Assembly (NCBI GenBank): GCA_905178155.1
Contig: CAJINV010000002.1
Coordinates: 10,334,146 to 10,398,145, forward strand
Direction: 5' to 3'
Source: Amoebophrya sp. A120
Taxonomy: Eukaryota > Protista > Dinoflagellata
Length of the DNA stretch: 64,000 nucleotides
Below the pieces are notes generated by a model that was not told where the DNA came from, made no database searches, and saw only the letters and a list, made by a program, of their open reading frames with translations. Both the position numbers and the translations under genes were made by a program. Each line of letters starts with the position of its first letter. Within the stretch, counting starts at the first letter, position 1. This document shows, piece after piece, positions 48,901 to 64,000 of the stretch.

Positions 48901-51434
48901 TCTTGATTCGTCAAGTCGATCACCGTGAACACCCGCTTGGCCAACTCGCCGTTGATAATGTGCGCCGGCGGGACGTAGCCCGGGTCCCCGGGGTTCAGAC
49001 TGGAACTTGACTCGTGGTTCCGCGAACTGCTGGAGCTCGACCGGGGTCCCAGCGTGGTGGAGCTGTGGCCGGCGACCAAAGCGCCCATCATGTAGACCAG
49101 CCACGACATCTTCTTCGTGAAGTGGTTCTGGCTCAGCTGGTTCTGCTTCGCGCGGTTCAGCGTGTCCTCAAAGTGCTTCATCACGTGCTGGGCAGTTTCG
49201 TGGTATCTGTCGTAGGAGTTTGAGTGGAAATTCTGTTTTGCGCTCTTTTCATGTGACCACATGTGACGACGTGGCTTCCACTTTTCTACTCATTTTGATT
49301 TTCTCGAAAACAAATACCATGACGAAAACCATCGAAAGGAAAAAATCCGTACCTGCATCGGGCCAAATTACTCAGCACTTCAAGCTGCTCGCTTCTCAAA
49401 ACTTCCTCGTCAAGGGGGTCGGCCCAATCTTGCACGCCCTCGGCTTGCGCGCTCATGTCGGCCATTGCAAGCCGAGACTCAATGTATCTGTGGGGTATTG
49501 AATTACATGAGAGTGAATTTCAATAGCCTGCTGCTCACGATGAAAAATGCAGCCCCAACTTGCATTCCTTTCCCTGCTGTAAAAATCGATTCCATCTTGC
49601 AAAGTTCAAAAGTAAAACAATACGAAATCGTGATCTGCTGGATGCAATTCTCCAATGCTGGTGGCGCTTTGTCCTTCAGGTAGATCATGGGGGAGACCAA
49701 CCCGGACCAAAACTGCAGCAAGTAATGCTTCGAGTTCGGCTGTCGCTCCCAGTCGATCAAACTTTCCGTCGTGAAGTTGTACACGTGTGTGAGCCACACC
49801 TGGAATACCTCAATGGCGGCCAATTCAGACAGTTGGTGTGCCGCGTTGATTTTCCCGAGGAGACGACACAGCGCATGGTAACAGGATTCGTCCTGGAGAC
49901 CCATTTTCGAGGCGAGGATACCTGTGGAGAGAAAGGGAAGCTTCTTGTGTCAACGTTTTCACTGTTACAAACAAAGACTTTCTTGGACAAAGAACCAGGA
50001 TCCGGATTTGCTCTGAATGCGCCGTCAAAAGTTCATCATTTTCTTTGAGTACTTCATCAACGCAAACTACGGACATTCTTACCACTAGTTCCGTTAATCA
50101 GGTGTCCGAGCAGCTTGTTTCTGTCCTCCTCCTTGGAGAAAAAGCTTCTTCTCAAACTCGCCATCAGCACCAGGCACTCGAGGGCCTTGGCGGCGCAGTC
50201 AAACCGCTGGTAGTTGCAACAGCTCCCGTAAACCTCGAAGAAGAGAGAGCACACGCCGTCCTCCCGCAGCACGTTCCAGGAGTGCGGGACCATCACCGTT
50301 TGTTGGTCCTCGTTGGCTTCGTCCGGCATCGTGCCTGTTGATAGAAGTTTATCATTTTCATCCTCGTGTGAGTCTGTTGGTGCACTATAGTTTTACCTCT
50401 GGTGGGCAGTATGATCTTTTCACAAGTACGGACTTTTATAGGCGGCTATAGACGCAAATGAAAATTTTCTATACCCATGAAATCGAAGCTGAGGCAATTG
50501 GCGATGAGCCGCAGGAGTTGCTTCACAAGCACCTTCTCCTGCTGCTTATCCGTGATGTTCAGCTCTCCCTTGGCAAGCTTCTGCAGTGTCCCCAGCCCGC
50601 GCGTGAAAATTTCTGGTAACGCTGTGTCGCGGAAGCACAAAGCCGTCCGTCGGTATCGGGACATCATGTTACCCGAGATAGGCTGCATATCCTGGGTGAT
50701 CTCGATATACCTGTTTTTAGATTTTCGAATGTTTTGCATGCGGGTTCACTTTACAAAGTGTCATGTGAATTTCGCAAAGCCAAAAAAACAAAATCACTCC
50801 AATGGTATTCATCAAAATAGTACACTTCCAGCCCGACGATGGTGTGCAGATTGGTCTGTTCGAAGAATTCGTTGACTTTTGCGACGACGTCTTGGTGCTG
50901 CGGCCCCTCCAGCCAGGCCAGTTTCATCAGGCGGCAGAGCAACCTGACAAACGGCTGCAGTATTACGGGTGCGTTGGAATACATAGACGGGCCTTGGTTC
51001 GCCAGGGACTGGAACAAAAACCCTTTCAACTGTTCCTTCTGGCCACTGCTCACCGCGGTCCAGAAGTTCGTGATCAACTTCGTCAGCGCGTTGGTGCAAA
51101 AAATGATAGCGTGGTTTTGCTGACTGGTCATAAGTATGGCTTGGAGTAGCGGGATCTTCGACGAGTCCTCGAGGATGGGCAGCAGCTGCTTGTGCGCGTT
51201 TTGCCGGTCCTGTTCGGTCTGCCCGGGGGTCAGTTGGTACAACGTGTTGCAGAGCAACTCAAACCTCTGCAGCTCCTCGGGCGCCATTTGCGGAATCACG
51301 GGGGCCGTAGAGGACACGGCGGGCGCATTATTCGGGTTCGCGTTGTTGTTGGTGTTGTTTCCAGGTGGCAAACCCATCCCCGGTGCGGCTCCGAGTGGCG
51401 CCGCGCCCCCGGCGCCGGGGCCGTCGTCCATCAT
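45908..51434 (-). CDS. XPO7: Exportin-7 / RanBP16-17 family karyopherin; ~8 GT-AG introns plus 2 introners
   Basis: FRDTALPEIF, CLSFDFMG...DE..ED..TV.VP.SW, ASLRRSFF, YHALCRLLG, NSKHYLL.FW, SSPNGILLFRE, YCNFGVFELYGD, WSLSRPLLALIL, NRDHFT..L. Confidence 0.92.
46875..47376. mobile_element. Family-A introner with 240-bp nested insertion; TSD ATGCT
   Basis: Family-A TIRs. 502-240=262 bp, the usual length. Confidence 0.95.
46931..47170 (-). mobile_element. Poly(A)-tailed SINE-like retroposed insert with TSD CATGTTT
   Basis: catgttt at 46924-46930 and 47164-47170, T-tracts at both ends on +, terminal stem cgctctgtttac / gttaagcagagcg. Confidence 0.65.
47442..47720. mobile_element. Family-B introner, 279 bp; TSD TAGGT
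   Basis: Family-B TIRs. Near-identical to 57851-58129. Joins ILTTY|GQRIL. Confidence 0.95.
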
Positions 51435-52466
51435 CTTGAAGATACCCGCGTCTTCTGCCGCTCAGTAATGACTGGTTTCCTAGTTCAGTCCGCAAAATCT
51501 TTCTCGTGCGTGTCGAACGACCGCAGTGCAGCGACGGGTGCTTGTTTTCTGTTCAAGTTTGTGGTCGCTTCGGGCAAGCTCTTCTCCTGCCGTCGTCTTC
51601 TCTTTTTGAAATGCAGGGGGTCGCCGTGTGGGGAAACGCAGGCCATCCAATTTTCCTTTCCTTTTCAATGAAAACCACAGTCGCAGTGCCTTCGCATCGT
51701 TTTGTCGCTTCGGATTCTAGGTTGCTGGTCGTGTGTCTTAGGGCGAGTATTGCTGTTAAAAGCGAGTGTATCAATCTTCAACCGTAGCATATCGGTACAA
51801 AAAACGAAACACAAACAGAAAATAGGACGAAAACGCAACAAGAAACACGACCCTGATGTTTTTAGAAAAATTGAAAAGGTTGAAAGTCGGTGCGACATAA
51901 ACAAGACAGCTTTAACAAAAAACGTTCGGACAAATAGGTAACATCAAGTTGCTTGTATTGATTTGGGGTGTGCGGGTACCTCTTCAATCAAAATTTGCAG
52001 TGTGATAAGATCTGTCCATGGCTTGTTTTGAATGGATTTTGCAACATCAATTTCAATATCCACATCCAGGATCGTTCGAACTCTGTCCTCAACCTGCAAA
52101 AAAGCAGCGATCTTCCATTTTCGAAGGTAAAATCTGAGCTGGAGTGCAAATTAATATTGCGTTTCGATCCAAAACTTGTATTTCAGAACACAGATGTGAG
52201 AAGTTGATGCTATGAAGCATCGCTATATCCGAATCCGACTACATGAGCGCTGGATATTCAATCAAGAGCCCCGGTGCCGCAAAAAATGCTTTTAGCAGAA
52301 CCAGTACGTGTGATGAACCGTAGGGCACCAGAGCTCTTTTCACAGCTGCTCTGTGAAGATTCCTTCTTGTTCGCAACACCTCTACGCGATGTATTGCTGA
52401 TGATTGCTGGAAAAGAAAAAACGCATCGAGACCATGGCTATCTGCAGCGTCGTGCTATGCTTGTTT

Positions 52467-55251
52467 TTATGCTCCCATCATTCTCGAATCCACCCCGGAT
52501 TCTAGATGTTCCATTACGCGTTCCAACTTTCCCTCCAGGCCCGCCATGCGAATGAGCATGATGCGCTGGTTCTCCAGGGTCTGCTCATTCATCACCACAC
52601 CGGCCACACCCCCGTTTGTCCCACTTCCGGAAGTGGCCGTGCTTACCGTGCTGTAGGAATTCATCTTCATGCCTGTTCCATTCCCGATGCCGCTGCTCAT
52701 GAAGCTGTTGGAGCAGAAGTTCTGATCGCCGGTTTTCAGTTTTATCTTGTCTACAATGGCGTCCACTAAATCATGATCGAAGCCGAACCCGGGAAACAGT
52801 ACCGTGCCCATACAGGACAGACCGACCCGCTTGAAACAGAACGAGGACTGAAACTTGCCCACCTCACCCAGCGTCGCGTAGCTCATGCGCCAGATGGTTT
52901 TCGCGTTGGACAGCTGGGTCGCGTGCGTATCAAGCTGCACATTGTTGTTTGGAAGTACATTTTGTTGATGCAGTACCGGTGCAGTGGTTGCATCCTCTTT
53001 CTTATCTGCCGAATGCTGTTGTTCTCGCTCTGCAAAATGCACAACACCTGCAACCTGTTGGCTGTTGGTTCTGGTGTTATTATTGCCCCCGCCGTCCAGT
53101 CGCACCATTTGCGGGCTCGGCGCCGCGCTGTTATTGTTCACGGTGGAGCTGCTGCAGAGCAACGAGTACAGGCTGACGTTTTGCGTTACGTACTCCACTT
53201 CGGTGGCGTGGAGCTTCAACACTTGTATCAAATGCAAAAATGTCTGGGTCTGGATGTCTGACATCCAGACCCAGACATTTTTCTGCATGACATTGTCATG
53301 CAGATTTTACATGACACATGACGTCTGTAATGCACAACCTGGCATCACAGATTTTTAGTGGGCTTTCTGATGCCTATCTCGCATGAGAAATACCCTCTCC
53401 ATGTAGCACAAACTGGAGCCCTCTTGCTGGTCATGCAATACAGATTTTTGTAAAATGCAGAGACAGCATCACGAGTTGCAATCTTCCAGACCCAGACATT
53501 TTTACAGTTGATAACTTGCCGACCCATCCCAAACGTGAAGTAGGTCGTCCAGAAGCTGGTGACGTCGAAGCACACGACGTCGCTGTCGATCGTAGTTCCA
53601 TGCCCGTCCGCCCCCGCGACCGTGTTGAACGCTCGGCGGCGGAAGAAGCACTCGCAGGCGCAAACCGCGAAGTGGATAATCAAAACCGCGAGCAGTACCA
53701 AATACATCATCCGGGTCTGCGACTCCTTCTCCCGCTGCTTGGCCACCAGCAGTTCTTGTTTCAGCATCAGAATGCGCAAGTCCAGCAGCTCGTCGAACTG
53801 CGGCACCTGCAGCTCGATCATTTCCGTGCGCATGCGGGTCAAAAAGTTGGTATCAAGTGTAAAAATGTCTGGGTCTGGAAGAATGCATGTTTGTCATGCT
53901 TGTCTGGCATGACTCTTAAATCTGTCATGCACGTTACCCAAGAGCTCCATTTTTCTGTGATGCAGAAGCGCAGTTTGTCATACGGAATAGGCAACACATA
54001 GAAGCTCAGAAACTTGTCATGCTGAGCCAGCACTTGTGGCCTCATCATGAGACGCCACCCAGCATCACAAGTTTCCAGACCCAGACACTTTTACATTTGA
54101 TAGTTGGCCAGCTGCGGCGACTCCACGTCGGCAAGTTTTTGGCGCTCCGACTCGATCTTGTTGCCCTTCTTCTCCAGGTCCCGCCACTTCTCCCGCTGCT
54201 TCTTCACCTGCTCCAGGTCGGACTCTATGTCCTCGATCTCCCGGTCCGTCTGCGTTTGGTAGTTGTTCTTTGGCTCTAGCGGGTTGGAAATGTAAAAGTC
54301 TTCCGTCTGTTCCTCGTTTGGGTATAGAGAAGAGAAATGGTTTTTGTGTGGATCGAACGACGTGACGCATCGCTGTGCGCTGCATAAGTACTTACTGAAA
54401 TTCGCTCCTTCTGAGTGCTGAAAGACGCATGTCATGGCAAGAAACTAGTATCAATTTATGCATGACATCCGTCAGATCCACCGCTTTGCTGTTATTTTCC
54501 ACGTTTCATACTTCGTAGTACCGTTTCATCCACTCGCCTGGAATGTGAGCATTTGTCAAGCCGCCGGTACTGTCAACCTGTGAGTCGCATCAGTGTGTGA
54601 TATAAGCATTGTTTGTAGTGGCAAAACAATGTGGCGATGCTAAGTAAGTGCCCTCAATATCATGCATGGCGACAATAGGAGGGCAGTGTAAATCCTGAAA
54701 ACATCAGTCACCGGCGCATCCCGATCCAGTCGGTCGAGAACCCCATTGCGTTTGCCCTTCTTCTCGCTAGGCTCTTTGCCAACCTCTTCCGACGCGTGCT
54801 CCGTTTCTTCCGGCTCTTTGCCATGTCCCCTTGTTTTTTTGCCATTAGAAGATCTTTTGCCGCTAGCCGTTGCGCCACTCCTTGTCGCTTTTGCATTTCT
54901 TTTGGTGTCCTCGCTGTTATTCTTCTTTTGTACAGCTCCGTCTACTGTCTTTTTCCCCGACGTAGAAGACGTTCTATGATGCTGCACTAAATGCTGGTGT
55001 GGTCGAGAGGTTTTCGTTCGATCCTGCTTGCGTTCTTGTGTGTTGACCGAAGGCGTTTCCTTTTGGTCAACATCTCCCTGCTCACCTTCTTCCAAATTCG
55101 TCACTGCGAGCACCTCGTGCGTTTTGGTCACGCGACGCTCCCGATGCGGTCGAACGAGAGCGAGAACTGGCACACCGATAAGATGATCCCATTCCTGCTG
55201 CAGGGCAGCGAGGCCTGCCGCAGCCGCGCTGACACAACTTCGGCGCCGCAT
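52467..55251 (-). CDS. Hypothetical coiled-coil membrane protein; two introners; 5' exon (54640-55251) linkage tentative
   Basis: Joins SPQLAN|FLTRMR and MGRQV|LKLHAT are in frame after element+TSD removal. TM segment YLVLLAVLIIHFAVCAC. Confidence 0.6.
53226..53513. mobile_element. Family-A introner, 288 bp, with snap-back duplicated TIR; TSD ACTTG
   Basis: The left TIR is immediately followed by its own inverted copy: aaaaatgtctgggtctggatgtc-t-gacatccagacccagacattttt. Confidence 0.93.
53851..54102. mobile_element. Family-A introner, 252 bp; TSD GTTGG
   Basis: Family-A TIRs. Inverted copy of 22651-22902. Confidence 0.95.
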
Positions 55252-56074
55252 CTGGGTTCTTGGTCGTCCTCCAGAACACGTCGCGGCTGCGATCTGCCAC
55301 TGCGCGTAGTCGGCCCGACCGGCAACCGCGTTGTGGCCGCAGCAATCGAACTCCGCGAGAGGCACTACATTTGCTTCTTCGAAGAGGCACGGAGCGCGCA
55401 ACCCCGTGGTGCTGGCGGGAGGAACTAGCAGGGTATGAGTTCTTGAAAGCTGGTAAGCAGAAGCAGAAGCAAGCACAAATAAACAAACCCTCTCCCTCTC
55501 TCTTTCGCGCGCGCGGGCCAGATTTTTCTGGGTTATGCGATAGAGGAACATTGAGGCTCCAAAGACAAGCACTGGGTCTGAGTGCTCAGCCTGGTAGCGA
55601 CACAGTGCCACGAGTTTGCACGTAGATGAGTTTACACGTTCCCCTAAGAACTTCTTATGTTTACACGATACAAGAGCTGCATCAATTGCATTGATGATTT
55701 CGATACTTACTTACCACTCGAATAAGCTTTCGCTTGTGTTTTAGCATAGTTCTAGTTGTAACGAAGAATTCGGAGGTGCTGAGAGAACTAGTAGAGGAGT
55801 TCTGCTTGTTGCGGCCTTGGCCGCCGCTGCGTGTCTACATTTTGATGAATAGAAAAGCAGCGTGAGAAAGAAAACATAAACATCTCCCCGGTTTGAAAAG
55901 ATAAAAAGTGCGTGCGTGTTTTTTTTTACGTGCTCTTTGATATCAAGGTGCGCTTTGTACCTAAAGGGTGTTTTTGTACAGAAGATAGATTTTCGCAATT
56001 CAAGTCCATACATCGCAGACGAGTGAATCGTTACTTTCTGATCGAAAACTCGGAGTCAAGCGGTAAATTCAAGT

Positions 56075-56336
56075 TATCAAATGCAAAAATGTCTGGGTCT
56101 GGAAGAATGCAACTTGTAATGCTGCATTTGGATGCCTAAAAAATTTGTGTTGCATGAGCAGCAAAAGGATTCCAATTTTTGCTACGCGGGGAGGGCATTT
56201 GTCATGCGGAATAGGCATCAAGAATCCCTCAAAAAACCTGTGCTGCTAGGGCATGCATCACAGACATCATGGCTCCTGCAAACCGTGCATGACAAGTCTT
56301 AGAATCTTCCAGACCCAGACATTTTTGCATTTGATA
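56075..56336. mobile_element. Family-A element, 262 bp, outside CDS; TSD CAAGT
   Basis: Family-A TIRs. Interior is an inverted relative of 46875-47376. Confidence 0.93.
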
Positions 56337-56399
56337 CAAGTCCCAGAAAGACGAGTGAATCGTTCTACAAGTGGTCTCGAAAGACGAAAAACGCAAAAA

Positions 56400-56678
56400 T
56401 ATCCTGATTAAAAACGTCCCCACACCAGAGTCAAGTTGGTAAATCTGCTAGACAAATCACACAGCTTTGGTTGTTTGGCATGACAAGTTTGTCCTCGTAG
56501 TGTAATCCTGTTTCGCTAGCTCAGAAGCATTACAGATCTAGCCTACCATGCTGATTCTAGCATCACAAATTCCAAAATACGAATAGAAAACGCTTCTCAT
56601 AGGGCTCCGCATGAGAAACTTTTTTGGCATGCAGAATTGCATGACAACTCTGGGGTGGGTACGTTTTTACATAGGATA
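56400..56678. mobile_element. Family-B element, 279 bp, outside CDS; TSD AAAAA
   Basis: TIR tatcctgattaaaaacgtccccacaccagagt / actctggggtgggtacgtttttacataggata. Confidence 0.92.
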
Positions 56679-56791
56679 AAAAACACATCATCATCCCAAT
56701 GAATCAGTAATACTATTCATACATATGCATTTTCATACGATTTCTGGCCACAAAAAAGGTAGCTCATTCTCCGCCCGATTTTTATGCTTTA

Positions 56792-60741
<3,950 letters not shown>

Positions 60742-63598
60742 GATTTACGGTGTAGCGGTTTTGTGGATGCTGCTCTGTAGTACAAGATGATAGCTGCTTA
60801 GACGACCGAATTTTTTTGTCTACTAACTCAGAGTCGTTTGGTTTCAACAACGTGTTGGAGTTCTTGGTACTACAAAGGAGAATTTTCGTCCACTTGCGGT
60901 AAGTATTCACACGCGGCAGCGACCCCAGGCAGAGGCCACGTGAGATGCCGCCGATGCTGAAGTCGGAACGTATTGAATGAAGTCTTTTATGGACAAAGAG
61001 TTTCTACGTCGTCCACCAGCCGATTTCTTCTTTGCATTCGAGACAAGCTGACCGATGAGAACGCCCGCTCAATGCGGGTACCGTGCGGATCGCGGCGCTA
61101 GATCAAGTGCAACGATTTCAGATCTGACTTGTGTATTTTTCCTGACGCTAGTAGGGCAAAGCGGTTCAGTACAAGGCTGAATGCGCCACCGCGAACCTTC
61201 GCGGGCGGCTCGAAGGATACATCAAATGACGAACACTTGTCACGGTCGTCGACGTTGCCACAAATACGCACCGGCCGTGTTTCGTAGTGTACCCCGGCAA
61301 TCGCAAAAGCGACGAGCCGTGCGCACGCGCGAGATGGATGCGCTGCGCAGGTCGCACAGTGAGGGAGCGCGAACGGTTTGGGCCACTTGGCAACGAGCAT
61401 CGTGCGGACCCTCGCAAAGCGAATCAGGCCTCCGCGTGAGGGTGACGGGGGGGGGGGCAGAACATCTGCAAGCGGACCTAGAGTCGAAAGCGCGGGAACA
61501 TGGCTCGTCGGCGCCAACGAGAAGAAAGCGCGCGGCTCCGGGGCGCGCCGAGCACCACCGCGCGGCCCACCGACGGCAGCGCCGGCCTTCGGGACCGAAA
61601 CGCACGGCGCGGCGACTTGCGGCGCCGGAGCTCCAGAAGCCTACGCCGCCGGGGTTGTCATCCGAGGAAACCGCCGCCGTATCGACATCGGCGCACGGCC
61701 TTGCGAAGCTTGGGGCCCCGGCTTTTCCGAGGCCGGCTCGCCCGTACCCAGCGTGCCCGCACCGTTGGGAGTCGCCCCTTGGGGCAAAGCTCTGTGTCGC
61801 CCAGCAGTCCGAAGCACGATCCCCCCAGAGTGCCGGCAGGAGGGCCTCTGAAACCATGCGAGTCCATCTGTAAGGTGCGGGGACCCTTAGAGGTGCGGCG
61901 TTCGCCTCGCGGCTGTCGCATCTCACTTATAACAATCGCCCTGAGTGGTCTTATTGCATCCTCCTCCAATGCGGCTCCAGCCCCTCTCCCCCAGAAACCA
62001 CAAAGGACTCACTTTTTTCAAATTTTTTCAGAATGTGGAAAAAAAAGGCTAATGCGTATTATCTCATTAATGCGCATGAATGCATCGGCATACAGCATCG
62101 CTTTGCCTTCAATATATACAATTTATAACTGTATAAAAATTGCTCTGAATTGAAAACTCCAAATTTCAAAATTTTGCAATTTTTTGAAATTTTAAAATTC
62201 GGCAGATTTCAACTATCAAAAAGAAATACATATCAAGAAAAGTGAAAGCCTGTGACAGAAACTTGCTGATCAAATGCGTGGTGCCACTTTGGAATGCATC
62301 TGGTAGACAAATTTTTGCCAGCATCATTTTTTGATTTTTTTGCATTTTTTTAAATTGGAAGGAGTTTCTCCGTGTGAATCATTCTCTTTCTTTGTATTAA
62401 TTGGGAAAATTGTTGTAGTCTAAAATATTATACACGTTGATGGCCATTAGTGCATTTTTTATTGGCTCCAGCCTCGAGCCAGTCGCAGGACCGTCTGGTC
62501 CTAAGAGCACAGTGTCAGAAACGGGTTAAAACTGGTCATCGAACAATTCCGAGAAATCCGCAGCTGAGCGCTCTCCTCAACGACGGACGAGTTCACCGAA
62601 AGTAGACGATTTATCTGTGCGTCTGCAACGACATACGATTGGCAACAAGTAATGTGCGACTTAAATGTCTTCCTACGATAAAGCCGACACGTCAGACCAG
62701 ATTAAGCCGATTCTTCTTAAAAGCCGTGATGTTGTGAAGACACGAACTGGAGATAAGTCTCCGCTCGTCCTTACCCAGAAGGAGATCAACAGAGAGCCGA
62801 TCGAGAGTGCGAAGCAAGGTTATTTTTTGTGTTTTTTGGTTTTTAAGTGTTTTTTTTTTACTTTTTTCAGTTTTTTATTCAGAAATTAGTTCTAGAAGTC
62901 GAGTTAAGACAGACAAGCAAGGCCGTTGTCGTCTTCACGAAAATCTCTTCTACTGTTTTTGATTAAAATGAGAGATTTTTTCTGTCCGCATGAGTGTCGT
63001 GCTGCCTTCCTCGAAAACTTCCAACAAAAAATTGGCTGTGGGGCGACAGCAAAAAAGAGAGATATAAAAATTCAAGATTGCGCCCGATGATCGTGCGAGA
63101 CAAAAAGTTGAATGAGTTTTTTTATTAAACTGTCTTTTATAGGTCTTGTTACTTGTGTGTCCCAGTGTTCTTCTTATTGCCAAAGAACAAGTATTGACAA
63201 TCCAGTCTTCACCGATGAATATTTGGCAGTTTTATTTCTTTGCTTTTTCCAATAAGTTGTTCTTCAGCAAAAAAACTTTACCGAGGAATTTGAAACTGAT
63301 GGATCACTTAGCATCCTACGTCTCAGTAGATGCAAGCGCGTATTGCTTTGGTTCTGGAAAAAACGTCTTTTCTGAAACAGCGATTTTCATCTATTGAATG
63401 AGAAGTACTACCCATTTGATATAAAAGGATGTGATAGTTATATTCACGCTCTAATCTGAAGATAGTTCGAATATCTTTCTTCGGATAATCATCTCCTTTT
63501 CACATCTCTTCAATCCCGTCTTTTCGCGACTACTGCTGGATTCTTCTGATGTTATTCCGGATGATTCTATTCTGCCTTGCTGGTAACGAATTGTTCTT

Positions 63599-64000
63599 TT
63601 ACTGGATATTGCAGGGCCGCTCTTCCGAGATCCTGAAGTTTACGTTGTAAGTTCCAGGAGCGAGGTTGTAAATTCCTGGTTGCGCATCAAGATCAATTTC
63701 TCTATCTACTTGCGCCTGTTGATCATCGCCCGGCGTTTGCACGGCTATGCTTGCCGTATTTCCTTGATCAACAGCGGGAGACATGTTTGCAATCACTTGT
63801 TGATTATTGTCCTGCACGACGACGTTGTTGTTTTGAACGACGATGTTGTTGTTTTGAACGACGATGTTGTTGTTTCCACCGAGATCCTGATCATTGGCCT
63901 GCTGATTCTCCTGGTCAGCATTTCCGACGTTCTCATTACTGTCATCACCACCTGGTTCGTATTCTTCTTGGACGTCTTTTTCTGGAGAACGCGGAGCTTC
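63599..64000 (-). CDS. 3' part of a hypothetical N/Q-rich protein running off the window; 21-bp tandem repeat (NNNIVVQ)
   Basis: Open frame to the window edge. cgacgatgttgttgttttgaa repeated ~2.7 times near 63818-63875. Confidence 0.5.
   Translation of the reverse strand, partial: EAPRSPEKDVQEEYEPGGDDSNENVGNADQENQQANDQDLGGNNNIVVQNNNIVVQNNNVVVQDNNQQVIANMSPAVDQGNTASIAVQTPGDDQQAQVDREIDLDAQPGIYNLAPGTYNVNFRISEERPCNIQ

Overview
Eukaryotic genomic DNA, most consistent with a syndinian dinoflagellate such as Amoebophrya (inferred from intron architecture and gene orientation). About 14 genes, all on the minus strand. They include a cPLA2/patatin-like lipase, an insulysin (M16A), exportin-7, a temptin-like secreted protein, four paralogs sharing an unrecognised 6-Cys extracellular domain, and a single in-frame fusion of S-adenosylmethionine synthetase to adenosine kinase. 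Besides ordinary GT-AG introns there are 24 complete and 1 truncated MITE-like 'introner' elements from 8 TIR families. All complete copies start TAT and end ATA, and 23 of 24 have a recognisable 5-bp target-site duplication. Removing the element plus one TSD copy restores the reading frame at all 22 coding-region insertions, with no shared GT-AG signal. Best leads: the MAT-ADK fusion; the shared grammar of the introners (TAT-N7-AAAA ends, a GCATNACA motif, orientation independence, clustering, nested inserts); and in-frame TAA/TAG codons inside two giant receptor-like paralogs.
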